This document shows positions 11,866-24,700 of a stretch of DNA of 64,000 nucleotides, piece after piece. Each line of letters starts with the position of its first letter. Position 1 is the first letter of the stretch. This DNA comes from Lama guanicoe. Its lineage: Eukaryota. Location: NCBI GenBank assembly GCA_013239625.1, contig MU054400.1, positions 3,012,282 to 3,076,281 on the forward strand, written 5' to 3'. The notes beneath the pieces were generated by a model, which was not told the DNA's origin, searched no databases, and was given only the letters and a program-made list of their open reading frames with translations. A program made the translations under genes and the position numbers.

Positions 11866-14584
11866 TCAGGGGATGCGCTGCAACACTTGGAAGCCAGTGT
11901 TTGCTACCACTTAAGAGCATCTGGGTAGGTTCTAAACTCTATTCGCTTTCCATTATGAAACCAATCAAATCCAGTTTACAACTTCATCCCTCTATCAGAT
12001 TCAAAGCTTCGCCTTCTGCCATCACTGGTTGGACGTCTCCCTTTCATCTCCTCTCTCTCGTTCCCACAAGGTTAGGGGCTGGGAGGGAGGACTGAGGATA
12101 ACCGGCAAGCATCTCTTTCCTTCTCAGTTTCATCTTCTCCTTTGGCGTCGCTGTTTCTCTACTAACACCTCTGGGGGTCAAGGGGCACCCGTGGGCAGCC
12201 AAGATACGGACAAGAAGACTCAAAAATGTCCCCTTACTCACGAGAAGCGCACACATCTCTACCGTTCCAGACGATGGGCGAGCAGGTGCCCCTGCTGCCC
12301 ACGTTGAGCCCCGCCCTCTCTCTCCCTCCTCTTTCCTTGTCTGCTGCCTGAACAGAAGTCCCGATGCAAACCAGCCCCAGCCTCCCCTATTGTAAGGCAC
12401 CCCTGTCTTTATGAGGAATTCTCTTGAAGTCTTTCACTTGATTTCAGCTTGCAGAGGGGAGGGAGAAGAGAGGAGCAGGGAAGGGAAAGATCTTCCTTCA
12501 GGCACATCCCACCCGTGGCCTCCAGACCCGCAGATGGCCCCATTACTCTTGCTCACTCTCCCCTGGTTTTCTCCCCCGAAGACTGAGAGAGGACTGGGGT
12601 CTAGGATGCTGGTCAGTTACTGAAGGGCTTTTCTATTATGTGGGTAGGAGTTCCGCTCCGCTTTCAGATACGGTACTGGACCCTGATTGATATAGAGACT
12701 TTCCCTCGAATATGGTGGGGATACCCAGAGCTCCCTCTCCTTCAGCTGAAGGTCTGAGTTTTTTCATCAGGGGACAACTGGAAAAGCCCCACTGGGTGTC
12801 TTAGCATAGAGCATCAGAGGTGTGCAGAGAAGGGGCCATCACAGCCTCCCACATCCAAGCATTCAAGAAGTTCATGACCTATTGGTCTTTGTGTCAAAAA
12901 GCTGATTATATCAAACGTGAGAGGCTTGTAGTCAAATCCACCCTCACCTTTTCTTGACCTGCCCTTGGGGTGAGCCGCCAGGCAGTCTTCTCATCACTTA
13001 CAGGTGGCGCTTGGGCACACCCCAGCCTGCTTCCCTCCAGCTGAATAATCTCCTGCCCGCCACTGCCCAACTCCTAGTTTTCCTGACCAGGACTTGGGTG
13101 GCTGATACACATTCAAAGCAAGCCTGGTCATAATTTCTGAAGACCCCAAGAGGACAACTTTCAGAATGAGACGCGTTCTGATTTGCTGAGTTTTCATTAG
13201 CGGAGGCCGTTAAGAGCCTGGTCCATGAGGCTTACAGTTCAAGGCTGGGCAGGTGTGCGCCTGAGATGTGTGGCCGTGCGGGGCTCCCCAGACGGGTTCC
13301 CAGATTATTAATTGCCTCTGTCTCTCCACAGTGTTTTACTTTATAAAGATCACGCTGAGTTCCTTTTCTGCTGAACCTAATTTTCCCCTCCAGCGGTAAC
13401 CATTTTTCCCACTTTAAAATAAAACGGTGCAACTTTAGTGATTTAATTTAAGGAGGCAATGAAGGGACCAGTAAAGTGTCTAACAAATAGATACAAAGCT
13501 TTTCATAAATTTCTCAAAAAATAAACATCCCTCTTTTTGGAAAGTTTTAGCAAATACAGCCCATAAAGAACTAACCACCTGAGCATCGACTTTTTGGTAT
13601 TTGACCACTCCAGGATTAAGTTGTATTCAAACCTGGTCATGGTGACGGGCAAAAGTAACATGACTGCAGGGCAAGGAGCAAGGTCGTTCAGTGAGTCATT
13701 AGTGTAGGGCGGAGGTGGCAGGAAGAGACCGCCAGCACCGTTGCAGAGCTGCCTTCTGAGCTGAGACAGCGCTTGCGGGTGGGGCTGGGAGAGCTGGGCG
13801 GAGGCTCCGACAGCGGTCCCGGTACGTGTGCACTTGGTGACTTGAACCAAGCGGTGACAGTAGAAATGGGAAAGTGGGCACTTTTAGGGCATGTTTTGCT
13901 GGCAGAGCTCAAAGAACCTGAGGATTGGATACGGGGGATAAGAGAGAAGAAAGAATCAGTGGTGACTCCTGTGCTTTTAGCGCTGAACAAAAGTAGTGGT
14001 GGTTGGTCGGGACGGTGGTGCTATTTAGGGAGATAGGAGAGATGGAGGGAGGGACAGGAATTCAAAAGGGGGAGGACATTTGAGGCCATTTAACCCCTGG
14101 GTAAGCAGAGGACATACTACCATTGGAAAGAGGGACAGATTGTTTTAAAGTCCAGTGGTCTTAACTTGAGAATCATTTCTGCCTTTTCCTACAGTGTTCA
14201 GTTCATTTGCGGTAGTTTGTTTGTTTGTATAAACCTTGCCCTTCTCCAGAGTGTTCTTGCCGCCATCTCTAAAGACAAGTTCAGGGCTGAAGAGAATTGT
14301 TATCCCTGAGTCTGTGTTCAGAGAGCAGTGAGTAGTGCTTGAAGACCTTTATGTTTCATGCAAGCGATTTCTGTAAATGGAGTCAAGTAGATATTAACCA
14401 GTAAATGTAGTACCTAAATGTCAATGATCTGTACCTAAATTGATGATTTTGTATAAGCAAAGTATAACTGCCAGGGCTAAAGACCTTGGGAGGGAATTTG
14501 CAGAAAACTGGTCGTAGGGGTTGGCTAAGGGATTGGGAAGCAGGAAGGAAGATATACAAAGAAAAGAATGATATACGTTGTCAT

Positions 14585-14715
14585 GGTCTATAATGAAAAA
14601 GAACATGAAAAGAAATATACCTATGTAAGTGAATCATTATGCTGGACCCCAGAGATTAATACAACATGGCAAATCAACTATACTTCAATTGAAAAAAATT
14701 AAAAGTAAATAAAGG
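14585..14715 (+). mobile_element. L1 3'-end fragment
   Basis: gaatcattatgctg...aatcaactatacttcaatt followed by an A-rich tail. Confidence 0.7.
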
Positions 14716-15499
14716 AAAAATGACATCAGACCAGCGTTAGGGACACCAGGGCTGTGGAATCTTTTCCCTTCTCCCTGGGGATGCCACAGGGCAGGCTTCT
14801 TCCTCAGAGGACCAGCACATTGTCTTAGGGGTCAGGTGGTGACCTCGGCATAACTGAGAGAGTTTAGAGCAGAAAAACAAATGATTTGAAACAAAGAATC
14901 AGGGAAAACAAGGTAATGTGGAGAGAGCTTCCCACTTACGTACTGACACAGAGAAGTATTCAGGGACCTTCAGCGTAAATCCTAAAGCTAAATACCAGGG
15001 GGCTATAACTAATCGTACTGAGAAAAACTCAGGAATGCATCTGTGCTACTAAAGCGACCAGAAGTAATAGGATCCCTCTACCGCCCCTTCCTCCTGTCAC
15101 TGAGAGGAAGGGTCAGGGACCCACACGGTCAGACTCATTTTGTTTCCTAAATCCGTCACTTCCTGCAAAAGGAAAGCACTGGTTATTGCTGCGTGCAGTG
15201 ATGTCATTGTCAACTTGTCTGGATCAGGGAAGGAGGGATCTCCTCCTGAACAGAGCTCAGAGAAAGTGGCCGATGACTGCATTAGCTGGCTCGCATAGCC
15301 AATCATGCCGCTCGGAGGATTTGGGGAAGTGGTGCAAAATGAGGGGCAAGAATCAAAGAGAAGGAGGCAAAGTTAGCGGATTTGGGGTCTTCCATTGTCT
15401 CCTCAACCCTGATTCTGATTGTGGTCTTTGGTTTCTCTGTCTTAGTTTCTCTCCTTAGTAAATAACAATAATAGTTAGGTCATAGATTATGTATTTGTT

Positions 15500-15895
15500 T
15501 TAAAAGAATTCGGCAAGGTAGCAGGATGCAAGATTAACATACAGAAATCGGTTGCATTTCTTACACTAACAATGAAATAGCAGAAAACAAAAGTAAAGAA
15601 ACAATCCCTTTTAAAATCATATCCAAAAAATTTAAATATTTAGGGATAATTCTGACCAAGGAGGTCTTATGCATGGAGAACCACAAAACATTGAGACAAT
15701 TAAAGATGATTTAAAGAAATGGAAAGATAACCCACGCTCTTGGATTGGCAGAATTAGTATTGTTAAAATGGCCATACTACCCAAAGCAACCTACAGATTT
15801 AATGTGATCCCTATCAAATTATCCAGACATTTTTCACAGAACTAGAACTAATAATCTTAGAATTTATACGGAATCACAGAAGACCAGAATTGCCA
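15500..15895 (+). mobile_element. L1 ORF2 (post-RT) fragment, frameshifted
   Basis: Degenerate coding for [43 protein letters not shown]. Confidence 0.9.
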
Positions 15896-15899
15896 GTCT

Positions 15900-16330
15900 T
15901 TGTGCTAGAGTCACTGTAGCCCCACTGGTCTCCTTACTGTCTAAATGCATCAGGGTTGTTCCTACCTCAGGGCCTTTGCACCTGCTGACCCCAGTGCTTG
16001 GAATGCACTTCTTCCTGATGTTTTCATGTCTTGTTCTTTCACTTTATTCAGATCTCTGCTTAGATTTCACCTTTGCTGACCTTCCTGTCTAAAACAGTAC
16101 TGCCCCTCTAATCTTTCTATTGATTTGCCTCCTTTTCCACACAGCATTTATCGCCACCTGGCATTGACAGGCATAGATATCTGTTTCTTTACATCTGGTC
16201 TGTGTCTCTTGCTAAAACGAGAGCTTCGTATGGACATGGAACTGATTCACATCCACATCCCCAGTGCCCAGGACAATGCCCAGCACCCAGCAGGTAGCTT
16301 AATAGACTTTTGCTGAATGAGCGAATGATA
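15900..16330 (+). mobile_element. L2 3' end
   Basis: cctacctcagggcctttgcacctgctg...ccccagtgcccaggacaatgcccagcac...tgctgaatgagcgaatga. Confidence 0.75.
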
Positions 16331-17429
16331 CCAAAACAAACAATTATCAACTCAGTGATTAAAAAGAACAATCTATAATACACTCTGTGCAGTGAGGGCT
16401 TGAGAATCCAAAAACAATGTTTCTTAATATGATCTGCTGAGATGTAAACGGAGAGTCCTTTGAAGATGGGAATTTGGTTTATAGCTCAACTTCTCCAGTC
16501 TTTAGCTACTCCAAGCACGCTGGCCCGGATTTAAGGTTGTGGAGCTACGGTGGTAGGTGAGAGTCAGAGGGTCCAGCCATGGAGGCTAGGCATCATGGTA
16601 CCATGCCAAGGATGCTTCAGGACAAGCCCCTCCTGCCTCTGAGTGCCTGCCACGCCCAAGCCCCTCCTGTGGGGAGGTTCTGATAGGACCACATGGGGGC
16701 CTCTGTCAGTGGGATGGCTTCGTCAGGTGAAGTTGGGACAGTCAATGGGACATACCACAGGGTGAGCAAAGGGAAAGGAACCTCCGCGACAGGACACCCA
16801 GCCCTTCCATTCCCTGACATCTCCCAGCACTTCACACCCCTCTCCTCCACCGAGGTGTCCCTGCAGCTCATTAATCTTCAGCTTCCATGGCTTTTCTTGG
16901 TAACTGATCCCATACGTTCGGTACTCTGTGTACAACATGTGTCTGTTTCCATTCCTTATTTACAGTTTAAATTAGAAACGGGTGTCGCTCTCTAAAGCAA
17001 ATTGGCTACTGTCCGTTTTTCTCCTTTTCCCCTCTGGTCCCCCTCCCGGCTCCAGGGGCTTTGTGCCGACAGGCCCGAGTAGGGCCGACAGGAAGCTGCC
17101 TTTTGGGCTTTGGCCTCTGATTCTTCCATATTTATTTCATCCTCTATTGTCTACCCACCAAGACCATGCCCGCAGGCAGCCAGGTGCAGCGGGTTTTTTC
17201 CACAAATAGATGTTGAGCATCCACACAGTGACCACTGCTTCCTCCATGAAGACTGTGGGCCAAGACAGAGGGAGATAGCAAACACGAGCGTGCATGAATA
17301 GGCACATCACTGCTACTGACTGGTCCTGTGCGGGGAAAGTAAGGCATGCGACCTGACAGTCTAACTGGCTCTTAGTTCCTAATAATATGGCTCTTAAGTT
17401 GAGTCCTGATGGATGAGTAGAACTTATCC

Positions 17430-17850
17430 AGGTAACAACTGAAGAGCTGCATGTGTGAGAGACAGCCAGGGAGAAAGCGTTCAGAACACTGAAGACCAGA
17501 ATGGATGGGTTCCTGCAAGGGACGCAGGGGAAGCGTGAGAGGAGAGTGGAGAAGGCGGGGCTGAGATCAGCCGGGATGCTCTCGGCCATTTTAGTGACTT
17601 CAATTTTGTCTTAAAGGCAGTGGGAAGTCATTGCAGAGTTTAGAGCAGAAAAACAAATGATTTGAAACAATGACTATTTTAAGACTATTGCTCTGGCTGT
17701 TGTATGGACAGTGTTTTGGGAAAAGGGGAAGGAGAGACCAGTGAGGAGGCTGTCACAGTGGCCGCGTGAGGGAAATGATCCAACTGCGAGATCAAAATGG
17801 GGGTGCAAAGAAGTGGAACAGAGTTGAGACGTCTTTTGAAGGATGTCCTT
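17430..17850 (-). mobile_element. L2 fragment
   Basis: ggcagtgggaagtcattg...ttttaagactattgctctggctg...ggagagaccagtgaggaggctgt. Confidence 0.65.
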
Positions 17851-18549
17851 GGGAGGACCTCTGAGCGCCCCAGCAGCCCTTGACTGCATGCTTCGGGACT
17901 TCTCGTAAGGGAGAAAGCGACCCTTCCGTGGTTAAATCTCCGTCACGTGCAGCCGGTTCCCTAGCTGGGTGCCCTCTGCGTCCTCCCGGCACTGGCTTGG
18001 CTTGCAGTCCGTGCAGCTCGATGAGATCAAACGTGGAAAGTTCTCGGTTGTGCTGGCAACACGTGGTAGCAGGACGCGGACCATGAGCTACAAAGCTGAA
18101 CACAACGCAGCCCTCCCAGCCTCTCTGGGGCCGGGGGGCCAAGTCCCTCATCTCAGGAAATCAGGGAATCAGTGGGGAATCAAGACCTTGATCTTCTTTG
18201 AAAACTTTCCCTCCTGAGCTTTCCCGATAGTCTCCTTTGCTGTGACCCTGTAGACACAGCGGCAGATGTGCAGGTGTCCTGTTACCAGCTTCTTAGCGGA
18301 AGCGGGCTGCCAGCATGAGCAGGCTAAGCGCTGCGCCCGCATCGTGAGCCACAGCAGCCGTGCACATTTCCACTCAGGCATCCGTTCCCACCTCGCATCA
18401 CGGTTATAGGGCGGGCTCCCGAGGGCAGGCGCCTGCTCTCAGTCAACGTTGTCTCCCCACCGTGCATAGCACTAAATGCCCGTGGATTGAGCTGTACTAA
18501 AAAAAAGCCATGTGGATCGGGTGCCACCACGGAAGCCACGTTTTGTCTC

Positions 18550-18705
18550 CACTACCTCACTTGAGCCTCACAGATAGCAACACAGTAAGCATTACTGTCT
18601 CCATTCGCTAAGTGAAAAACCCATGGCTTAGGAGGAGGCGGTGACTTGGCCACAGTCACATGGAGAGTCTTGTGAGCGCCAGAATAGACCCCCGGGCTTC
18701 TGAGG
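18550..18705 (-). mobile_element. MIR SINE
   Basis: attactgtctccatt...gtgacttggccacagtcacat. Confidence 0.55.
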
Positions 18706-18743
18706 CAGGACGCCGTGTTGGGCAGCTCCAGGAGGGAGCGCTG

Positions 18744-21700
18744 CCGTGGACTGCAGTGGGGACGGAGCCCCCCAGGCCTGGGCAGGGTCGCGGGCAGGCT
18801 TGCCGCCCGAGTATTTCTTCTCGCTTAGTTCTGGCCGTTGGGCTGTCTGCCCCGTCTTCTAGAACTCAGCCTGTTGGGGGAGGGTATAGGCTTGGTTTAG
18901 GCTTGTAAGGTTTTATTCCTATTTATATGCAAAGAAAGGACACTGAGATATGAAGTCATTTACATCAACTGAGTAAATGGCTGAGCCAGAGCAGGAAACC
19001 TGGCCCGTTGACTCCAAAACCCTTTCGCTCTGCCACCAGCGCCTCTCAGCCAGGAATCTGGGTAGACTTTGGACACAAGTTGGCATGTCCAGACCAGAGA
19101 CTCATGAAGTCACAAGAAAACATGGTCCAGGTTTTGAAGGCCTCCATTTTAGTAAGTGATTTGAGGGAAAAAAATCATTACTTTTCATAATGCACTGTGG
19201 AGTCGAACGCAACAATTCTATTAGACGTTAAATATGAAAAACAAGACTTGAAAGAAGTTCCACAGCTGCCATCAGCACCTTGGCTAGACCGGTAGACGTG
19301 GCCCCAGTTCCTCCCCACACCCTGGTCTCCTGGTCTTTACTTCTTTCTGCAGTTGTGGGTGCTTTGGTGAAATGGCTTGAGAGGCACCCAGCGACAGCAC
19401 ACTGGTTTTCCTTCACACTGAGCTGCTGAGGTTAGCAACTCTTCACTGTTCGCTCTGCACAGGAGAGCTGCTGGTCAGAATTGGAGTTCCAGTCTCACCA
19501 TTGCAAAACAACTGCTCTCATAATATGTGCGCTTTCTATGGGTGTATTTTATCGTAGGTGTATTGGAAGAGGTACGAGAAAAATGAGTTTGTAGGTAATG
19601 TCTTTAACACACAGTGTGGCACACAGCATAGGGGCTCAGTAATTGAGGGGTACTTGAGTTACATGATTTCTTAGCTCTCACAAGCATCCTAAGAAATCAC
19701 AATGTCCTTTGTAACCAAGTCACAACCTCTACGCATCCCATATATCACAGACAGAGCAGAAAAGGACAGGTGGGCGTTTAGAGCTCCCCGGAGAGAGCGA
19801 CTTCCCCATCAATGTTATACTCACGCGGACACACAGCAGTGTCTGTAGCAGAATGAACTGGAAAGGAAGACAACCTTGTTCATTTTTAACTGGCTCTGGT
19901 GCATGAAGTCCTCAGCTCAGGCTAATAGTGGAGTGTCCATCGTGGCAGGGTCCTCGGTGTTAACTGACAAGCTGGGGTTAATGGTGGGGCTGCTCTGAGG
20001 GGTCCATCCAGAAACTTGATCTGTCACTTATTGGACCTGTTGCGTCCAGAGCAGCAGGAACCACAGTAATTACAGCTGGTACAGGGGAGCTTTTTTTTTT
20101 CCTACTCTGTTGGCAAATCACTGATTCCTTCCTTTACTAAAAGCTCACCAGAATACCAGCCTTTCTGAGTTATTTCCATAGAAACAATTTCACATTCAAG
20201 TGTCGGTACTAAACCAACAGAATGCTGCCACCTCAGCAGAGACAGTGACACGAATACATACCGCACCTGCTTTCCTGGTTGTCTTTGCTCGTCACATGTC
20301 AGTCCCTGTGGGCTTTTCACTCTGAAGGGATGCAGTGCTTTTGGTCTCAAATACTGAAGAGTCAAATGATCTCTTGGGTTAAAAACCATAAAGCTCAGGA
20401 GGCCGTCAAAAGCTCAGTAATACTGAACATTGAGATAATGGCAGCTTGAGGAAATGTGTAGGGTTGAAATGTGCAGCCTGGTACTGCAGAGGCACGGTTA
20501 CCACAGGCCAGGGAGCATGCTGCCTTCCTTCTTTCCAAATGCTTCGCCCTCCCGGGACCCACTCAGAAAACTCCCCATCGAAAGGCATGAGGGTCGGAGG
20601 CGGGAGGAGGGGGGAGGCGGTCAGAGGAGCAGGGAGGGGCGTTGTCACTGTCTAATTTCACTTTGCTGATAAAATGAAGAATCTTTGTTTCAGCATCCCA
20701 ATGTGGTTCTTAAACATGGGTGTGATTGAAGTTTTCAGCTTCACTGAGAGAAGACCTCTTTGCTCCTGATGACATCAAATGTAAAATGCAGTGAGACTGT
20801 AATCACTTCTAAGACTGGAGTGTTTGGCTCTTGAAATTGTGTACAGTGCACAAACAGGGGACAGCCAGACCCATGGGGGATGTCACTTGAGGTGACACGG
20901 AGTCCAGGAAGCTCCACATGTCCCTAGGGGGTTCCAGGGTCTGCTCACCCTCCCTTAGCTGCCCCGGGGAAGTTGGGGTGGAGCTGGGGGGACAGGCTGA
21001 GGACTGAGGCTGCCCTAAGGTTTGCCCTGGAAACGCGCTCAGTCGAGGGACGGCTGTGGAACAGTGGCAGGCTTAAGCCATCTGATAAGCTCCGGGTGAT
21101 AACAGGGAAACCATCGAGAGTTACCTGAGTGGGGAAGAGAGCGGTGGCGTCGAGCCTTCACTTGGCCACATGAAAATGCTGGCAGACGACCACAGATTTG
21201 CATTCTGATTCCAGTGCACTCTAAGGAGGAGCAAGAACAGCTCCAAACACTAGGTCCCCACAATTCCCAGACCCTGACAACCATAGGTTTTCTAGACCTG
21301 GAGTTTTGCCTTCTTAAGAATGTCATATAAATGACCTCACATGCTGGCATCCCAGAACTTTTCTAATATCAACTCATTGAATCTTCACAACCATATTCTG
21401 AGGTAGGTACAATTATTATAGAATGAAAGGATGTGAAATGCCATGAAAAAGCAAAAAAATGTATGCAAACATGAGGTATTATGACCATCAATATTACTAC
21501 AACTATTATTATTATTGTCATTATTCATATTATTATTTATGGTAGAATAGAGACCAGATCAATTCTCAATGGAAAAAGCATTCACAAAAATATTGCTAGC
21601 AATGAGGTCTAGCACCCTGTCTCTTGACTAATTCAGAAGCACTTAGCTTGAAGTTACCACGTCCCAACCCTTATGTCTATGACCAGATCATAGTAAAAAA

Positions 21701-24700
21701 TAATGGAAGATTTATCTAGACTGCAAATAACAGCAATTTTAGGTGGAGCGATAATCATTTTCTATTGTAAGAGAGAGGGTGACCAGGCTGTCACCGACAC
21801 TCCTCCTGGCCACATCCATTCATGACGCGTTCATGGAGCTGCATTCACTCAGGACTTCTAGGCAAGGCAGGAAGGGCTGGATCACTTCCCATGAAGCATC
21901 CCCTGGTTTGGTAGCCACATGTCACGGGAGCACCCCATCACTCTTCATAACAGGAGAGTCCTGATCTTCCTGGATGTGGTCAGAAAGCGCCCACAGTCTG
22001 ACCACAATGGTTCCAGGTTCTCCTAGGAAAGTATTTTGCATAAATTGTTTCTCTCTCCTTCTTTTTTAACTTCATATAACAGATGCAAAACATAATAAAT
22101 AATTAAATAAGGTCCAGCTATTTCTTAAAGTTCACAGCTATCATGAATTTTTAAGGAACAGATCAGGAGAAACTGCTGAAACCAAGCAAGCTGGTGTAGG
22201 ATGTGACAAGGAGGTCTAGGAGCCTCTTCAATACTTAATGCGGCCGAAAGCCTCTGACAGCTAATCATCTCTTAATGGGGTTTGCTCTTTGGCCTGCATG
22301 TTTCTAAAGGAGTAAAATGTTTGGCTTCCAAGCAAGTTATCACTCACTCACTGAGTAAATACCACAAATTGGAAGTGGCCTCCCAGGCATCACTGGTCTT
22401 TGCTACTTGGGTTTCGAAGGTCTCAGATTAGCATTACTCACCTTTAAATCACCAGTGTTTTCAAAGCCAGCTGGGCATTCACTTTGGACCCACAGAAAGC
22501 CTCCAGCCCGCCCCCATGCCTCCCACACACACAGAGGGGAGACTAGGCATCGCCATGGATGGAGGACGAGCTGTGAGGAGCATGACCTTTGGGGGAAGAC
22601 AAAATAATCGGCCAAGACGAAAGGCAACATTGGTATTTGAAATGGGAAAATGGGACTGGACAAGTGAGCTTTGAGAGGAGCTTCAAAGAAAGGGAATGGG
22701 AATCGGGAATGGACTGGGAGGGTCCACACAGAGAGGAATGGATGCCGTAAGAGAGAAGACAAGGAGGGAGCCAGGAGGATGGTCGATGCCTTTTATGTGA
22801 AGTCCAGCAGGAGGAGGGGAGCTAAGCTTGTTACCGCCCCTCTTGTCAACCGATGCACCTGGAAATTGGGTTGTGCACTCCTCATAAACTTGTAACAGGG
22901 ACAAAACAGCTTTGTATATTTGTACAAAGTGAGAAAGAGCCTGGGCTCCCAGCATGAATGGTAGTGGGATGGAGAGCTGTCTTCAGCACTGCTGGTCATC
23001 AGTGCACGTCTGCACTTGCTCACCAAGTTCCTTGACTTTCCCAAATCCTAGTTTTCCATTGTACAAAAATAAATCCTATTGTTTGTTAAGCCACGGGAAA
23101 TTTCCACAGTTTACACCGTGGACTGCAGTGGGGACGGAGCCCCCCAGGCCTGGGCAGGGTCGCGGGCAGGCTTGCCGCCCGAGTATTTCTTCTCGCTTAG
23201 TTCTGGCCGTTGGGCTGTCTGCCCCGTCTTCTAGAACTCAGCCTGTTGGGGGAGGGTATAGGCTTGGTTTAGGCTTGTAAGGTTTTATTCCTATTTATAT
23301 GCAAAGGAAGGACACTGAGACATGAAGTCATTTACATCAACTGAGTAAATGGCTGAGCCAGAGCAGGAAACCTGGCCTGTTGACTCCAAAACCCTTTCGC
23401 TCTGCCACCAGCGCCTCTCAGCCAGGAATCTGGGTAGACTTTGGACACAAGTTGGCATGTCCAGACCAGAGACTCATGAAGTCACAAGAAAACATGGTCC
23501 AGGTTTTGAAGGCCTCCATTTTAGTAAGTGATTTGAGGGAAAAAAATCATTACTTTTCATAATGCACTGTGGAGTCGAACGCAACAATTCTATTAGACGT
23601 TAAATATGAAAAACAAGACTTGAAAGAAGTTCCACAGCTGCCATCAGCACCTTGGCTAGACCGGTAGACGTGGCCCCAGTTCCTCCCCACACCCTGGTCT
23701 CCTGGTCTTTACTTCTTTCTGCAGTTGTGGGTGCTTTGGTGAAATGGCTTGAGAGGCACCCAGCGACAGCACACTGGTTTTCCTTCACACTGAGCTGCTG
23801 AGGTTAGCAACTCTTCACTGTTCGCTCTGCACAGGAGAGCTGCTGGTCAGAATTGGAGTTCCAGTCTCACCATTGCAAAACAACTGCTCTCATAATATGT
23901 GCGCTTTCTATGGGTGTATTTTATCGTAGGTGTATTGGAAGAGGTACGAGAAAAATGAGTTTGTAGGTAATGTCTTTAACACACAGTGTGGCACACAGCA
24001 TAGGGGCTCAGTAATTGAGGGGTACTTGAGTTACATGATTTCTTAGCTCTCACAAGCATCCTAAGAAATCACAATGTCCTTTGTAACCAAGTCACAACCT
24101 CTACGCATCCCATATATCACAGACAGAGCAGAAAAGGACAGGTGGGCGTTTAGAGCTCCCCGGAGAGAGCGACTTCCCCATCAATGTTATACTGACACGG
24201 ACACACAGCAGTGTCTGTAGCAGAATGAACTGGAAAGGAAGAGAACCTTGTTCATTTTTAACTGGCTCTGGTGCATGAAGTCCTCAGCTCAGGCTAATAG
24301 TGGAGTGTCCATCGTGGCAGGGTCCTCGGTGTTAACTGACAAGCTAGGGTTAATGGTGGGGCTGCTCTGAGGGGTCCATCCAGAAACTTGATCTGTCACT
24401 TATTGGACCTGTTGCGTCCAGAGCAGCAGGAACCACAGTAATTACAGCTGGTACAGGGGAGCTTTTTTTTTTCCTACTCTGTTGGCAAATCACTGATTCC
24501 TTCCTTTACTAAAAGCTCACCAGAATACCAGCCTTTCTGAGTTATTTCCATAGAAACAATTTCACATTCAAGTGTCGGTACTAAACCAACAGAATGCTGC
24601 CACCTCAGCAGAGACAGTGACATGAATACATACCGCACCTGCTTTCCTGGTTGTCTTTGCTCGTCACATGTCAGTCCCTGTGGGCTTTTCACTCTGAAGG

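Noticed and set aside
11945..12770. Possible ancient LTR-like segment
   Set aside because: I could not identify termini or a family by eye. It needs a Dfam search.
14859..17670. 36-bp repeat of CRISPR-like length
   Set aside because: Only two copies 2.8 kb apart, no spacer array or cas genes, and a mammalian context.
19273..19292. REST/NRSE-like tcagcaccttggctag (duplicated at +4372)
   Set aside because: The right half-site deviates from GGACAG at two core positions, which is too weak to call.
22692..22722. G-quadruplex-like gggaatgggaatcgggaatggactgggaggg in each duplicate copy
   Set aside because: A common motif class in mammalian introns with no supporting context.
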